Source: Candidatus Woesearchaeota archaeon | GTDB lineage: Archaea; Nanobdellota; Nanobdellia; Pacearchaeales; GW2011-AR1 | Assembly: GCA_964419275.1 (NCBI GenBank) | Contig: CAYQOY010000001.1 | Coordinates: 15,218 to 79,217 of the forward strand | Direction: 5' to 3' | Length of the DNA: 64,000 nucleotides | Shown here: piece by piece, positions 16,047-27,600 of the stretch | Layout: each line of letters opens with the position of its first letter | Numbering within the stretch: position 1 is the stretch's first letter | Made by a program: the position numbers and the translations under genes | Notes under the pieces: generated by a model | What the model was told of the DNA's origin: nothing | What the model saw: the letters and a program-made list of their open reading frames with translations, nothing else | Database searches by the model: none

Positions 16047-17276
16047 ATGGGAGTAATTTTAGACGAAATTTTTGAATCTTTTGATAAAAATAAAATCTTC
16101 AAAAATAAAGAAGTTTTACAATCTAATTACAAACCTGAAGATATTCTTCATAGAGATGAGCATATCAAACAAATTGCTTCTATTCTTGCACCGGTGTTAA
16201 GAGGAGAAAAATGCAGTAACCTTTTCCTTTATGGAAAAACCGGAACAGGAAAGACCCTTTCAATTCAATATGTTCGAGACGAGATGCTTAAACGTGTTAA
16301 AAAAGAAGCAGAATTTATTCTCAAGATAGAATATCTTAATTGTAAATTAAAAAAGATCTCAGATACAGATTATAGAATTTTAGCAGAGTTAATTAAAAAA
16401 TTAGGGGGGCAAGTTCCCGACACAGGGCTTCCAACAGAAAGAGTTTATAATAAGTTCATCAATTTAATCGATTCGGAAAAGCAAGTCATTGTTCTTATTT
16501 TAGACGAAATCGATCAGGTTGTTAAAAAGATTTCTAGCGATTTTCTGTATAACTTAACGCGTCTTAATAACGAACTTTCTAAATCTAAACTATGTATTGT
16601 GGGAATAAGTAACGATCTAACTTTCTTAGATGAAATAGACCCCAGAGTTAGGAGTTCTCTTTCTGAAGAAGAGATTGTTTTTTTACCCTATAATGCAATT
16701 CAGCTTCAAGAAATTTTAAGAAAAAGGGCTTCAGAGGCATTCAAGGAGAATGTTCTTCAAGAAGGAGTTATTGAAAAGTGTGCTGCTTTTTCTGCTAAAG
16801 GTTATGGGGATGCTCGAAGAGCATTAGATTTGTTAAGAGTTGCAGGAGAACTTGCAGAGAGAGATAATTCTGAAAAAATAACTTTTAAGCATATAGATGA
16901 AGCAAATAAAAAATTAGAAAGTGACAAAGTTTTAGAAATAATTGAGTCTGAGCCGAAGCCTTTCCATTACGTTCTTAATTCAATAATTCAATTAACCGAG
17001 CAAAGAGTAAAAGAGGGGAAATCTTCTCATGAACCCATTTTTACCGGAGACGTTTATAATAACTATGCAGATTTTTGCAATAGAAATAAAATAGAAGTTC
17101 TAACACAAAGGAGAGTCTCAGATATAATTCAAGAATTTGATATGTTTGGAATAATCAATGTAAGGGTTGTTTCAAAAGGGAGAGGAGGAAGAATGAGAGA
17201 AATTAATTTAGTATTGCCTCAAGAAGTTATCTCTAAGGTAAAAGAGATTATTAGAAATTCAGTAGATTTTAGATGA
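16047..17276 (+). CDS. orc1: Orc1/Cdc6 replication initiator
   Basis: Walker A LYGKTGTGKT, Walker B VLILDEID, sensor ISND. C-terminal winged helix. 409 aa. Confidence 0.9.
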   Translation: MGVILDEIFESFDKNKIFKNKEVLQSNYKPEDILHRDEHIKQIASILAPVLRGEKCSNLFLYGKTGTGKTLSIQYVRDEMLKRVKKEAEFILKIEYLNCKLKKISDTDYRILAELIKKLGGQVPDTGLPTERVYNKFINLIDSEKQVIVLILDEIDQVVKKISSDFLYNLTRLNNELSKSKLCIVGISNDLTFLDEIDPRVRSSLSEEEIVFLPYNAIQLQEILRKRASEAFKENVLQEGVIEKCAAFSAKGYGDARRALDLLRVAGELAERDNSEKITFKHIDEANKKLESDKVLEIIESEPKPFHYVLNSIIQLTEQRVKEGKSSHEPIFTGDVYNNYADFCNRNKIEVLTQRRVSDIIQEFDMFGIINVRVVSKGRGGRMREINLVLPQEVISKVKEIIRNSVDFR

Positions 17277-17321
17277 ATTTTTCAAAACAGTAATAATCTT
17301 GGCAGGCTGCCGAAAATAAAA

Positions 17322-18905
17322 ATGGATGAAAAAGAAATTTTGAAATTTTGTTTGAAAAAAGGGATTCTTTTAGACAAAGAAGTTCTTAGTTTACTTAGTG
17401 AAGCCCTTGAGTCTGAAGCAGAAATGAAAGTTATTGAAAAAATAAGAGAAAATAGCCAAAAAAAGTTTATTACGAAAAATGTTTTCTGCGAGAATATAAA
17501 GCAAGTAAATCAGGTTTTTTCTTCTCTTTCTGAAGATAAAAAGAAAAAACTTGAAACGCTTAAGATTAAATTAGGGTTAGAACTGGAAATTTCTAAAGAA
17601 TCCGTCTCTTTGCAAAAAGCAACCCCGGAAAGTAGAGAATTTGCAGAAAAAAAAGATTTCGATGAAGATGAAAAAGTTAAAATCAAATCTTTGATCTCTT
17701 GTGTAAACAAAAAACCAGAAGTTGACGATTTTGTGAAATTCTTTAAAAGCAGGCTTACAAAAATGAGAACCGTTCTTCAAACTCATGCGAATTTAAAAGA
17801 TTTGGTTTCAATCAATAAACTTTCTGGAAATAGACACAAGGTATGTATTATCGGAATTGTTAGCTCTAAAAAAACAACCCAAAATAAGAACATTCTTTTA
17901 GAAGTTGAAGATTTGACAGGGAAAACAAGAGTATTAATTAATCAGAATCGTCCGGGACTTTACGAGAAAGGGGAAGAGATAGCTTTAGATTCGGTTATAG
18001 GGGTCGTTGGCGCAGGAAATGGAGAGATTATTTTTGCGGAAGATGTTATTTATCCAGATGCGATGATCACTGAAAGAAAAAGAGCGCCAACAGAAGAGAT
18101 TGCTGCATTTATTGGAGATGTTCATTACGGAAGTAAGCTTTTTATGAAAGAAAACTTTGTGAAATTTATAGAATACCTTAATGATGTTTCTTCTCCTAGC
18201 TCAGAAGCATCTAAAATAAAGTATCTTTTTGTTGTCGGAGACTTGGTCGCAGGAGTAGGAATTTATCCAGAGCAAGAGCCAGACTTAGAAGTCAAAGACT
18301 TAGAAAAACAATTTCAAGGCATCGCGGAACTTCTTGGAAATATTAGAAAAGACATAACAATTATTCTTTCTCCGGGAAATCACGACGGAGTTAGATTGAT
18401 GGAACCTCAGCCTCTTTTTGATAAAAGATACGCGGAACCTTTGTATAACTTAAAAAATGTGATCATCACGACAAATCCTGCTTACGCCACTATCGCTTGT
18501 TCAAAAAAGTTTTCTGGTTTCGAGGTTTTAACTTATCATGGATATTCTTATCCTTTTTATGTCGACAAAATTCCTTCTTTAATTAAAGTAGATGCAATAA
18601 ATGCCCCGGATAAAATAATGGCTTATCTTTTGAAAAATCGTCATCTTGCTCCAACCCACGCTTCTGTTCAATATTACCCTCTGGAAGAAGACCCTCTAGT
18701 TATAGAAAAAGTTCCAGATATTTTTGTTTCAGGGCACATTCACAAATCTGCTGTTTCATATTATAATAATATTCTAATGATTTCTTGTTCTGCTTGGGAA
18801 TCGATAACCGCTTTTCAGGAGAAAATGGGAAATAAACCAGATTTTTGTAAAGTCCCTATTGTAAATTTAAAAAATCGAACAGTTAAAATTTTGGATTTTG
18901 AATAA
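17322..18905 (+). CDS. polB: DNA polymerase II (PolD) small subunit DP1
   Basis: OB-fold region plus calcineurin-like phosphoesterase motifs GDVHYG, GDLVAG, GNHD, GHIH. 527 aa. Confidence 0.85.
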   Translation: MDEKEILKFCLKKGILLDKEVLSLLSEALESEAEMKVIEKIRENSQKKFITKNVFCENIKQVNQVFSSLSEDKKKKLETLKIKLGLELEISKESVSLQKATPESREFAEKKDFDEDEKVKIKSLISCVNKKPEVDDFVKFFKSRLTKMRTVLQTHANLKDLVSINKLSGNRHKVCIIGIVSSKKTTQNKNILLEVEDLTGKTRVLINQNRPGLYEKGEEIALDSVIGVVGAGNGEIIFAEDVIYPDAMITERKRAPTEEIAAFIGDVHYGSKLFMKENFVKFIEYLNDVSSPSSEASKIKYLFVVGDLVAGVGIYPEQEPDLEVKDLEKQFQGIAELLGNIRKDITIILSPGNHDGVRLMEPQPLFDKRYAEPLYNLKNVIITTNPAYATIACSKKFSGFEVLTYHGYSYPFYVDKIPSLIKVDAINAPDKIMAYLLKNRHLAPTHASVQYYPLEEDPLVIEKVPDIFVSGHIHKSAVSYYNNILMISCSAWESITAFQEKMGNKPDFCKVPIVNLKNRTVKILDFE

Positions 18906-21900
18906 AATGGAAACAGAAACATATTTTCATGATTTTGAAAAAGAAGTAAGGGTTGCGTACGCGATCGCAGACGTCGCAAGAAAAAAAGGATTGGACCCTG
19001 TTGATAAAATTGAAATACCTTTGGCAAAAAGTCTTGCGGAAAAAACAACGGGGTTGATAGCAACAATATATCCTCAGCTTACTGATTCCGGAGTTGTTCA
19101 ACGAATTCTAGATTTAGAAGAGCTTTATGGAAAATTGGATTCTGCTGTAGCATTTAAACTTGCAGAAGAAGTAGCCAAACAAAAATTTTGTACTTTCTCG
19201 AATCAGTTAGAAGCGATCGAAGCAGGGATTAGAATGGGGTTTGCTTACATCACCCTAGGAGTTGTTTCTTCTCCTATTGAAGGATTCACAGGAATCAAGA
19301 TAAGAAAAACTCGCAACGGAAAAGATTATTTTGAAGTATTTTTCTCTGGCCCAATCAGAAGTGCAGGAACAACCGCTTCTTGCATGGTTTTAATGTTAAT
19401 TGATTACTTAAGAGAGCTCTTCGGATATGCTAAATATGACCCTAGTGAAGATGAAATTAAAAGATATGTTACAGAAAATCACGATTATCATGAGAGGGTA
19501 ACAAATCTTCAGTATATGCCTACAGATGAAGAAATTGTTTTTTTGGCAAAAAACATTCCGATCCAGATTTCCGGGGAGCCAACAGAAAAGATTGAAGTTT
19601 CAAATTATAAAAATCTTGAAAGAATTGAAACAGATTTTGTCAGGGGAGGAATGTGCTTGATTTTTTCAGAGGGACTCGCTCAAAAAGCGGCAAAAGGATT
19701 TAGACTTTTAAAGGGAGTAAAGAAAAAAGATTTTCAAACAACTGGTTTTGATTTTTTAGAACAATATATCGAGCTTCATGATAAAAGAAATTATGGTAAG
19801 AACGTTTCAACAGACACCAGACCAACTTATATTAAAGATATCGTTGCGGGAAGGCCTATTTTTGGGCACCCTTCTCAAAGTGGAAGTTTTAGATTTAGAT
19901 ACGGAAGAAGTAGAGTATCTGGTTTTTCCGCTTCTTCGGTTCATCCAGCTACAATGGGAATCAGTGATAATTTTATTGCTATTGGGACTCAACTTAAAAT
20001 TGAAAAACCAACAAAAGGAACAGTCACCACTGTTTGCGATTTATTAGAAGGACCTATTGTAAAACTTTCCAACGGAAGTGTTAGAAAACCAAAAACTCTT
20101 GAGGAATCTAAAAAAATTTATCCAGATGTAACAGAAATAATTTATCTTGGAGATCTATTAATGCCTTTTAGCGACGTTGCAAATAGAAACGCAGTATTGC
20201 TTAAACCAGGATACGTTGAAGAATGGTGGGAATTAGAATTAAAAGAAAAATTCAAAGAAAAAAACCCGGAGTTAGATTTTAACACCTTGAATATAAATCC
20301 TTTTGAGATTAGTTTAGACCAAGCAATTGAAATCAGCAGAGAATATGGAATTCCTCTTCACCCAAAATTTATTTTATTCTGGACTCAGATTTCATTAGAA
20401 CAATTTTTAGGTTTGCTAGATTGGTTAAGTTATGCAAGACTTGCTGGAAAAATAATTCTTCCTTACAACAAATCTGAAAAAGAAAAATTTGAGTTAGGAA
20501 AGCGGGCATTAGAAGTATTGGGGATTGAACATGAAGTTACCTTAGAAAATGTGGTTTTAGATAAAGATGAAAGTAACATTTTGTTTTTGAACTTAGGTTT
20601 AGACTTGGAAATTTTAAATCAAGAGGGGCATTTATTGCAAGAATTTTTAGATAAATCTAAATTTGAAACAACTAAGATTAATCCAGAAGATAACTCTGAG
20701 GTTAAGAAGACTGTTTTAGAAATTATCAATTCTGTTAGCTTTTTTGTAATTAAAGATAAAGCAGGAGATTTTATTGGAGCAAGAATGGGGAGGCCTGAGA
20801 AATCTAAGCTTAGAAAACTTACAGGAAGCCCAAACACCTTGTTCCCAGTTGGAAAAGAAGGAGGGAGGCTTAGAAATGTTTATGATACTCTTAAAGCAGG
20901 GGAAATTAAGGGAGAATTTCCAATTTATTATTGTGGGAATTGTAATAAGGAAACAATTTATCCTTCTTGTGAAGATTGCGGAACAAAATGCAAAAAAATG
21001 TATTATTGTAAAGAGTGTGATTCTAAAAAAACAGAAGTTTGCCCAGAGCATAAAAATTGTCGTCCTTATGCTTATCAGTCATTAGACATACAGCATTATT
21101 TTCAAAAAGCAAAAGAAAAAATTTCCATAAAAGATGAAGAAATGCCTACATTAATTAAAGGGGTCAGAGGACTTTCGTCTGGGGGAAAACAAACAGAAAA
21201 TCTTGCAAAAGGAATCTTAAGAGCAAAATATGGTTTGCAGGTGAATAAAGATGGAACAATCAGACTAGATGCAACAGAATTGCCTTTAACTGCATTTAAA
21301 CCAAAAGAGATTTTTGTAAGTGTTGAAAAACTGAGAGAGCTGGGATATACAGAAGATATTTATGGAAAGCCCTTGGAAAATGACAACCAAATTTTAGAAT
21401 TAATGCCTCATGACATTCTGCTTCCTTGCTCTCCGGAAGGGACCGATGAAAAAGCAGATGATGTTTTCATTAAAATTGCTCAATTTATGGACGAACTTTT
21501 AGTTAAATTTTATGGATTACAGCCTTTTTACAAAGTTAAGAAAAGAGAAGATTTGGTAGGGAAATTAGGTGTTTGTATGGCCCCCCATAATTGCGCAGGA
21601 GTTGTTTCCAGGATAATTGGATTTTCTCACGCTCAAGGATTATATGCGAGTCCCTATATGCATGCTGCAATTAGAAGAGATTGTGATGGAGATGAAGTTG
21701 CCGTAATGCTTCTATTAGATGTTCTTTTGAACTTCTCAAGAGAATTTTTACCTGGGCATAGAGGTGGAACCCAAGATGCTCCTTTAGTTTTAAATGCTAA
21801 AATTAATGCAGGAGAAGTTGATGATCAAATTTTAGATTTAGAAATGGTTTCAGAATATCCTCTAGCTTTGTATCGTGCGGCAGAGCAGAAGAAACATTCA

Positions 21901-22437
21901 TCAGAAGTTTCTGTTATGAATGTTAAACTTGCACTTAAAGAACATAGAGATCCTTTTGTTAAAATTGGATTTACTCACGATACCTCAAATTTTAATCAGG
22001 GAGTTATGTGTTCTTCATATAAGTTATTTGGAACTATGTCTGAGAAAGTTCAACACCAGATGATGCTTGTTGAAAAACTAAGGGCTGCAGATACTTCAGA
22101 TACAGTTCGGTTAATTATTGAACGCCACTTTATCAGAGACTTGAAAGGTAATCTAAGAAAATTCTCAACACAGGAATTTAGGTGCGTTAAATGCAATGAA
22201 ATTGTAAGAAGGCCTCCTTTAACCGGAAAATGCCCTGCTTGCAAAGTTGGAAAATTAATATTTACAATAAACGAGGGTGGAATCAAGAAATATCTTGAGC
22301 CTGCTCTTGAGCTTGCAGAGAAATATCACCTTTCAGTTTATCTTCGCCAAAATTTAGAGATTACTAAAAGACAGGTGGAAAGTATTTTTGGAAAAGAGCC
22401 AGAAAAACAGGCAGGATTGGAAAGTTGGTGTAAATAA
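18898..22437 (+). CDS. polC: DNA polymerase II (PolD) large subunit DP2
   Basis: 1179 aa. Conserved DP2 blocks, e.g. GGMCLIFSEGLAQKA, CDGDEVAVMLLLD. C-terminal Cys clusters (CGNCNKETIYPSCEDCG; CVKCNE...CPACK). 8-bp overlap with DP1. No intein-sized insertion. Confidence 0.85.
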   Translation: MNKMETETYFHDFEKEVRVAYAIADVARKKGLDPVDKIEIPLAKSLAEKTTGLIATIYPQLTDSGVVQRILDLEELYGKLDSAVAFKLAEEVAKQKFCTFSNQLEAIEAGIRMGFAYITLGVVSSPIEGFTGIKIRKTRNGKDYFEVFFSGPIRSAGTTASCMVLMLIDYLRELFGYAKYDPSEDEIKRYVTENHDYHERVTNLQYMPTDEEIVFLAKNIPIQISGEPTEKIEVSNYKNLERIETDFVRGGMCLIFSEGLAQKAAKGFRLLKGVKKKDFQTTGFDFLEQYIELHDKRNYGKNVSTDTRPTYIKDIVAGRPIFGHPSQSGSFRFRYGRSRVSGFSASSVHPATMGISDNFIAIGTQLKIEKPTKGTVTTVCDLLEGPIVKLSNGSVRKPKTLEESKKIYPDVTEIIYLGDLLMPFSDVANRNAVLLKPGYVEEWWELELKEKFKEKNPELDFNTLNINPFEISLDQAIEISREYGIPLHPKFILFWTQISLEQFLGLLDWLSYARLAGKIILPYNKSEKEKFELGKRALEVLGIEHEVTLENVVLDKDESNILFLNLGLDLEILNQEGHLLQEFLDKSKFETTKINPEDNSEVKKTVLEIINSVSFFVIKDKAGDFIGARMGRPEKSKLRKLTGSPNTLFPVGKEGGRLRNVYDTLKAGEIKGEFPIYYCGNCNKETIYPSCEDCGTKCKKMYYCKECDSKKTEVCPEHKNCRPYAYQSLDIQHYFQKAKEKISIKDEEMPTLIKGVRGLSSGGKQTENLAKGILRAKYGLQVNKDGTIRLDATELPLTAFKPKEIFVSVEKLRELGYTEDIYGKPLENDNQILELMPHDILLPCSPEGTDEKADDVFIKIAQFMDELLVKFYGLQPFYKVKKREDLVGKLGVCMAPHNCAGVVSRIIGFSHAQGLYASPYMHAAIRRDCDGDEVAVMLLLDVLLNFSREFLPGHRGGTQDAPLVLNAKINAGEVDDQILDLEMVSEYPLALYRAAEQKKHSSEVSVMNVKLALKEHRDPFVKIGFTHDTSNFNQGVMCSSYKLFGTMSEKVQHQMMLVEKLRAADTSDTVRLIIERHFIRDLKGNLRKFSTQEFRCVKCNEIVRRPPLTGKCPACKVGKLIFTINEGGIKKYLEPALELAEKYHLSVYLRQNLEITKRQVESIFGKEPEKQAGLESWCK

Positions 22438-22476
22438 TTTGAGAATATTTTACTTTGTAAAAAAGTTTGATTTAAG

Positions 22477-22785
22477 ATGTTTAAAAAATCTGAAAAACTA
22501 GAAAATAAGATCAAGAGGTTTAAGGAAAAAGTTAGCTCGGGATTTTTAGAAAAAGAAATAGGTGAAAAAACAATGTTAGGTGGAGCAACATCTTTTCTTT
22601 TAGGTGTAATGGGAACATTAGATTATATCGATTCCTTTAAAAATCCCGCTCCTCCAGGATATCCTTTCAATAAAGTTTTAGAACATCTTTCAGATTATCA
22701 GCTAGTTTATCTTGGCGTAGGAGTAGGGGCTATCCTTGTTGGAGATTATTTATACAATAAAGGAGTAAGCAAAAAGAAAAATTAG
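22477..22785 (+). CDS. small hypothetical membrane protein
   Basis: 102 aa with two hydrophobic segments. Confidence 0.3.
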   Translation: MFKKSEKLENKIKRFKEKVSSGFLEKEIGEKTMLGGATSFLLGVMGTLDYIDSFKNPAPPGYPFNKVLEHLSDYQLVYLGVGVGAILVGDYLYNKGVSKKKN

Positions 22786-22797
22786 ATTATTTTAAAA

Positions 22798-24036
22798 CTA
22801 CAAAGTCAAATAAAACACAATTGTGGGAATCAATAAACAGCCCATCATATGAGTTCTTCTTACTTGATAAGAAATACAATAAATTCCGGTGAGAGTTGAA
22901 ATTGCAAAAACAACTAGTCCTAAAAAACCAGAGATTATTAAAATTACTAAAGACAAAATGCCGAGGGTTATAATTGAAATCTTAGGGTAATTTACTTGAG
23001 AAATCTTTTTGGAAAAAAATCTGGCAAGCTTTTCAGTAAGAAAAAAAGAAATAATTCCCGAGATAAAAGTTACAACTAAAATAAGAACTAAAAGTTGAAA
23101 TGAAAATTGCCCCATTAAATTGCTTATTGCAGCTGCTGCACCTGTTCGGTTTCTTGAGATTAAATAAAGAGTAACAAATGAAAATCCCATTACAATGGTG
23201 TTTGTTGCTCCTAATAAAACAAGAAATGACTTTTGATCGGTTTTTGAAATAGAGCTTCCAATTACTGCTGCTTGTCCGCTGCCAAGCCCGGGGAGTAAAC
23301 TGGAAATTGGTGAAGCGATTGTAGCTCCAATCAAAGGCAAAATCATTTTTTTATTTGGCTTTAAATGAGTAATCTCTTGTTCTGGAATTTTGGGTTTTGT
23401 TTTAATGCTCATGATTAAAGAAGATGCTCCAAATAGCCCAGAAAGCAAGGGAAGAAGCGGTTCTTTCAATGAATTTAAATTAAGAACAATTAATCCTAAG
23501 ATTCCTGTTAATAAAAAAACAAAAAGTGCTTGGGATTTCCTTTTTTCTGAAAAGATTAGCATGCCCACAACAAAAATAAGAAGCAAAGCCATAAGAGGAA
23601 TTTGCGGAATAAAATTGATTTGAGGAATTTGAATTTTAGTTAAAAGAATTTCTTGAAATTTTGGAAGAATTAGAAAAGCAAGAGGGGTAATTAAAATTAC
23701 AATAAAAATAGCAGCAAGGCTTCCGTAATTTGTTAGCATAACTGCTTGGTAACCTTGTCCTTGGTTTAGCATTTCATGTCCTGGAAGAATTGAGAGTTCT
23801 GTTTCAGTGTCAGGGCAGCCAAGGAAGATTGATGGAATAAAATCAATAAACGTATTAGTTATTGCCATCGCAACAATTAATACAATCAAATAAACTGGTT
23901 GAATCAACCCAGAAACACCTGCTGAAAGTGCAACAAGAAGGGTTCCAACAAGATTTGTGTGAATTCCAGGCATTAAGCCCGTAAAAACACCCGCAACTAT
24001 TCCAAGAAACGCAAATAGAATTATTTCTAAAAGCAT
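22798..24036 (-). CDS. polytopic membrane protein (TctA/DUF112-like)
   Basis: 412 aa with at least 10 predicted TM helices. GLMPGIHTN and PGLGSGQAA motifs reminiscent of the TctA family. Confidence 0.35.
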   Translation of the reverse strand: MLLEIILFAFLGIVAGVFTGLMPGIHTNLVGTLLVALSAGVSGLIQPVYLIVLIVAMAITNTFIDFIPSIFLGCPDTETELSILPGHEMLNQGQGYQAVMLTNYGSLAAIFIVILITPLAFLILPKFQEILLTKIQIPQINFIPQIPLMALLLIFVVGMLIFSEKRKSQALFVFLLTGILGLIVLNLNSLKEPLLPLLSGLFGASSLIMSIKTKPKIPEQEITHLKPNKKMILPLIGATIASPISSLLPGLGSGQAAVIGSSISKTDQKSFLVLLGATNTIVMGFSFVTLYLISRNRTGAAAAISNLMGQFSFQLLVLILVVTFISGIISFFLTEKLARFFSKKISQVNYPKISIITLGILSLVILIISGFLGLVVFAISTLTGIYCISYQVRRTHMMGCLLIPTIVFYLTL

Positions 24037-24081
24037 TAGCTTTTAGAGTTCCCTGTTTGTTTTATAGTTTTCTTTAGTGGA

Positions 24082-24513
24082 TTATATCTTTATTTTTTCC
24101 CAGTAATTCAATTTTGTTTTCAAATTGTATTTTCTTTTCTGAGCTAGATGGTTCATGGAGTCATTCCATTCTCTTACAAGAAAAGTAATTCTTTTCACTC
24201 TATTTTTCTTGGCGTAGTTTTCCATCCATTCAATTAATAAGTTAGCAATCCCCTTTCCTCTGTGTTTTTTTGAAACAGCAACACTTTCCAAGTAAAGAGC
24301 TTTGTCTTTGTTTAAAGAAAACTCATTAAATCCAACAACTTCCTTGTTTATTTCTGCAACAATTAAATGAATTTCCCTGTCTTTCAACATTTTTTCAAAA
24401 AGGTCTTTGTTGTATTCTCCAGGATAATCTTCAATACTTGTTTCTCCTTTTACAATTTTAACTAATTCCGGAATATCTTTTCTTGTTGCCTTTCGGATTT
24501 TGATTTCTTCCAC
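24082..24513 (-). CDS. GNAT family N-acetyltransferase
   Basis: Acetyl-CoA binding motif VSKKHRGKGIANLLI. Confidence 0.7.
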   Translation of the reverse strand: MEEIKIRKATRKDIPELVKIVKGETSIEDYPGEYNKDLFEKMLKDREIHLIVAEINKEVVGFNEFSLNKDKALYLESVAVSKKHRGKGIANLLIEWMENYAKKNRVKRITFLVREWNDSMNHLAQKRKYNLKTKLNYWEKIKI

Positions 24514-24629
24514 TATTAAATTAAGTTTTTAGGGTATTTATTTCTTTTTAGAAATAATAAAAAATTCAAAAATCTCAACAAAATTTAAAAACATCTTTAT
24601 GTTGTTCTAAGAATAAAAGAGTTGAATCG

Positions 24630-27600
24630 ATGAGAAATAAAAATTTCATAAAGGCGTTTGTTTTTCTTTTTGTAGTTGTTGTTTTGCTATTATCTGTTAA
24701 TAGCATTATCACTTTCACCGGAAAAGTTATAACTGAAAGCCAATCCTCCGTACAAAATTCTAATTTCATGCTGGATTCTTTCAGAAGGACAAATCTCGAG
24801 AGCATTAATTCAGTTAATTTGCATGGAGAAATTCCTTCTTCTGTAACTCAAATTAATATGAATACTTTTCAAGAAGGAAATCTTTTTGAAACCGAGTCGC
24901 AAGAGCCTTCTTTGAATTATTCTGGATTTATTGTTGAACTAAAAGAAGAGCCAAGAGTTAAGAAAAGAGTTGAATTAGAAGAATTAGCAAAAAAGAATCA
25001 AGAAATCATAGACACATATCCAGTTTATAGTCCAATTAAGGTGTTAAATTTAATTTCTGGTGTAGATGAAAAAAATTTAGACATTTTCATCGCAAGCGCT
25101 CAACAAAGACAAATCTCTGAGAAAGAAAAAGTTAAGTCTGAGGTTGTTAATCTTGTTCAAGAAAAAATTAATCAAGGAAAAAATCCTTTAACGGGAAATG
25201 CAATATTCGAGGATACACAAATAAACCCGGAGAATATTATTACTGCAGAGTTTCAAGAACTTTTCAATGGTTTTGCAATAAATGTTGATGAAGAAACAGC
25301 AAGAGAAATTGGAGAAATTGAGGGCGTTAAAAGAGTTTGGCCAAATATGATTGTTCAAGCAACTTTAATGGATTCTGTTCCATTGATTCAAGAAGGAATT
25401 CCTTCAGGACAATTAGATTTCGAGGGAAATGATTGTACTATTTCGAGAAAAGAATGCTTAACTGGAAAAGGTGTTAAAATTGCGATACTGGATACGGGTG
25501 TTGATTACACTCATCCAGATTTAGGGGGATGTACTCTGGAGCAAGTTCTAGCTGGAACTTGTGAAAAAGTTATAAGCGGGCAGAATTTTGTTTGGGAAAA
25601 TGGTTTTTTATATCCCAATAAATTTTTAGATGATTATGGTCATGGTACACACTGTGCTGCAACTGCCGCAGGTGAAGGTGTTTTAAAAGGAGTTGCCCCG
25701 GAAGCAAAAATCTTAGCATATAAGGTACTTAATTCTGAAGGTAGTGGGACGTATGGATGGATACTTGGGGGAATTGAAAAATCGATAGAAAATAATGCAG
25801 ATATTTTAAGTTTAAGTTTTGGATCAATTTATGGAAATCCAGATGATCCACTTTCTCAAGCAGTAGATAATGCTGTTTTGGTGGGCAAGGTTGTTGTCGT
25901 TGCTGCAGGAAATGATGGAGAGGATGGGAAAGAGACTATTGGAAGCCCAGGAGTAGCAAGAAGAGTAATAACCGTGGGAGCAGTCACTAAAAATGATTTT
26001 CTTGCATATTTTTCTTCAAAAGGACCCGTAAGATGGAAAAATTCTGAAGGAATCGAGCAAGAATTGGTTAAACCAGATGTTCTTGCACCAGGAGTTTCTA
26101 TTTGCGCAGCGCAAGCTTCTCAAGATAAAATCTGGCAAGAAGTTTACACTTATTATGATGAAAATATTCACTGCATAGATGAAACCCACATATCTATCTC
26201 TGGAACATCTATGGCAACACCTCATGTTGCAGGAACAGCAGCATTATTGAAACAAAAAAATATGAGCTTAAGCCCAGAAGAAATAAAACAGATTCTAAAA
26301 ATGAATTCAATAGACTTGGGGTTAAGTATCTTTGAGCAAGGGATGGGGCGGATTAATGTTTCAAAATCTTTAAGAGAAGAAGTTCCTCTTGTTTCTGTTA
26401 ATGTCTTTCTTTCGGGCGATATCCTTAGATTTCAGGGATCTGTTCAAAGTTTAGAACCACGAAAATATTACTTAGAATACTTTAATAGATACTCCTCTCT
26501 TTGGGAGTCTGTATCTTCTGAGTTAACCTCTGGAGAGTTTGATTTAGAAATGAGCAAGGGACATTTTAATAATGAACGAGGATTATTTAGAATTAAGACT
26601 CTCTTTCCTAATAAAAAAGAATTTTATTACTACTTCTTTAGCCCTTATTTAAACAACTTTGATATTGAACGAGTAGGGCTGATTAGCCCTTATATGACAT
26701 CTCCCCTTGAGCAAGTAACCTTGGATGTTAACACTGATTATATCTATCCTTCTTACGACATTGAAATTAAAAAACCTTTTGAAGAAGACTGGGAGATAAT
26801 TTATTCTTCTTCAGAGCCATTAAAAAAAGGGCAGACAATAACCTTTCAAACAGGCAATTTTTTAGCAGGTAAATATACTTTGAGACTGGTTGCAAAAAGA
26901 GCAGATTCAACTAAGGTGATTAGTCCTTCTTTTTTTGCAGTGTTCATTGAAATGAGTGCCGAGGATAAGATCAAGCCCCTCAATTTTAAGGTTTATCCTC
27001 TCTCACCTTCTTTTTTAAAAGGAGACGATAACTATCTAGTTCTTGCAGAAACCGCAGAAACCTCTGAAATGGATGGTGTTCCTCGTTGGAAGATTCATGT
27101 CTTTAAAGGAGATGAAGAAATCTCTTTGATAGATGAATTAAAAAATAAAAATTTTCATCCTCTTTTAATCTATCCTCTGTCTGATTACGGACATATAGGG
27201 TTTTTACCTTTTTTTAAAGCGGAAGAATTATCTCTTTTCTTGTTAAGTGAAGTAGATGATACTCAAAGATATTCCAGTTATGATAGCTATCTCCGCTTGG
27301 GAGAAGTAAACTTGCAAGGGGAATATCTAGATAGTTGGCCTTATCATCTAGTGGAGGGACTATTAAATCAGTTCTGGTTTAAGCAGTTAATCAAATCCCC
27401 TGAAAAAAATTTCTTTTGGGGTTTTTATGGAAATAACTCTTTTTTCAAGGAATATATGGCTCTCCCTCCGGGAGAGAAGAGCTCAGTTTATTGTTTATAT
27501 ACGAACAAGTACATTCAAAGCTTAGAAAAAGAATTTTTTATTTTTGATAACTCCGGAAATTTAATTAAAAAAATTTCTGATAAAATTTTTAAAGAAGGAG

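Noticed and set aside
19778-22286. Several 60-110 aa ORFs on both strands within polD DP2
   Set aside because: All embedded in the 1179-aa DP2 reading frame, which has conserved blocks throughout. Treated as spurious.
18898-22437. Intein in PolD large subunit
   Set aside because: Length (1179 aa) is typical for intein-free DP2, and no Cys/Ser...His-Asn splice-junction block interrupts the conserved motifs.
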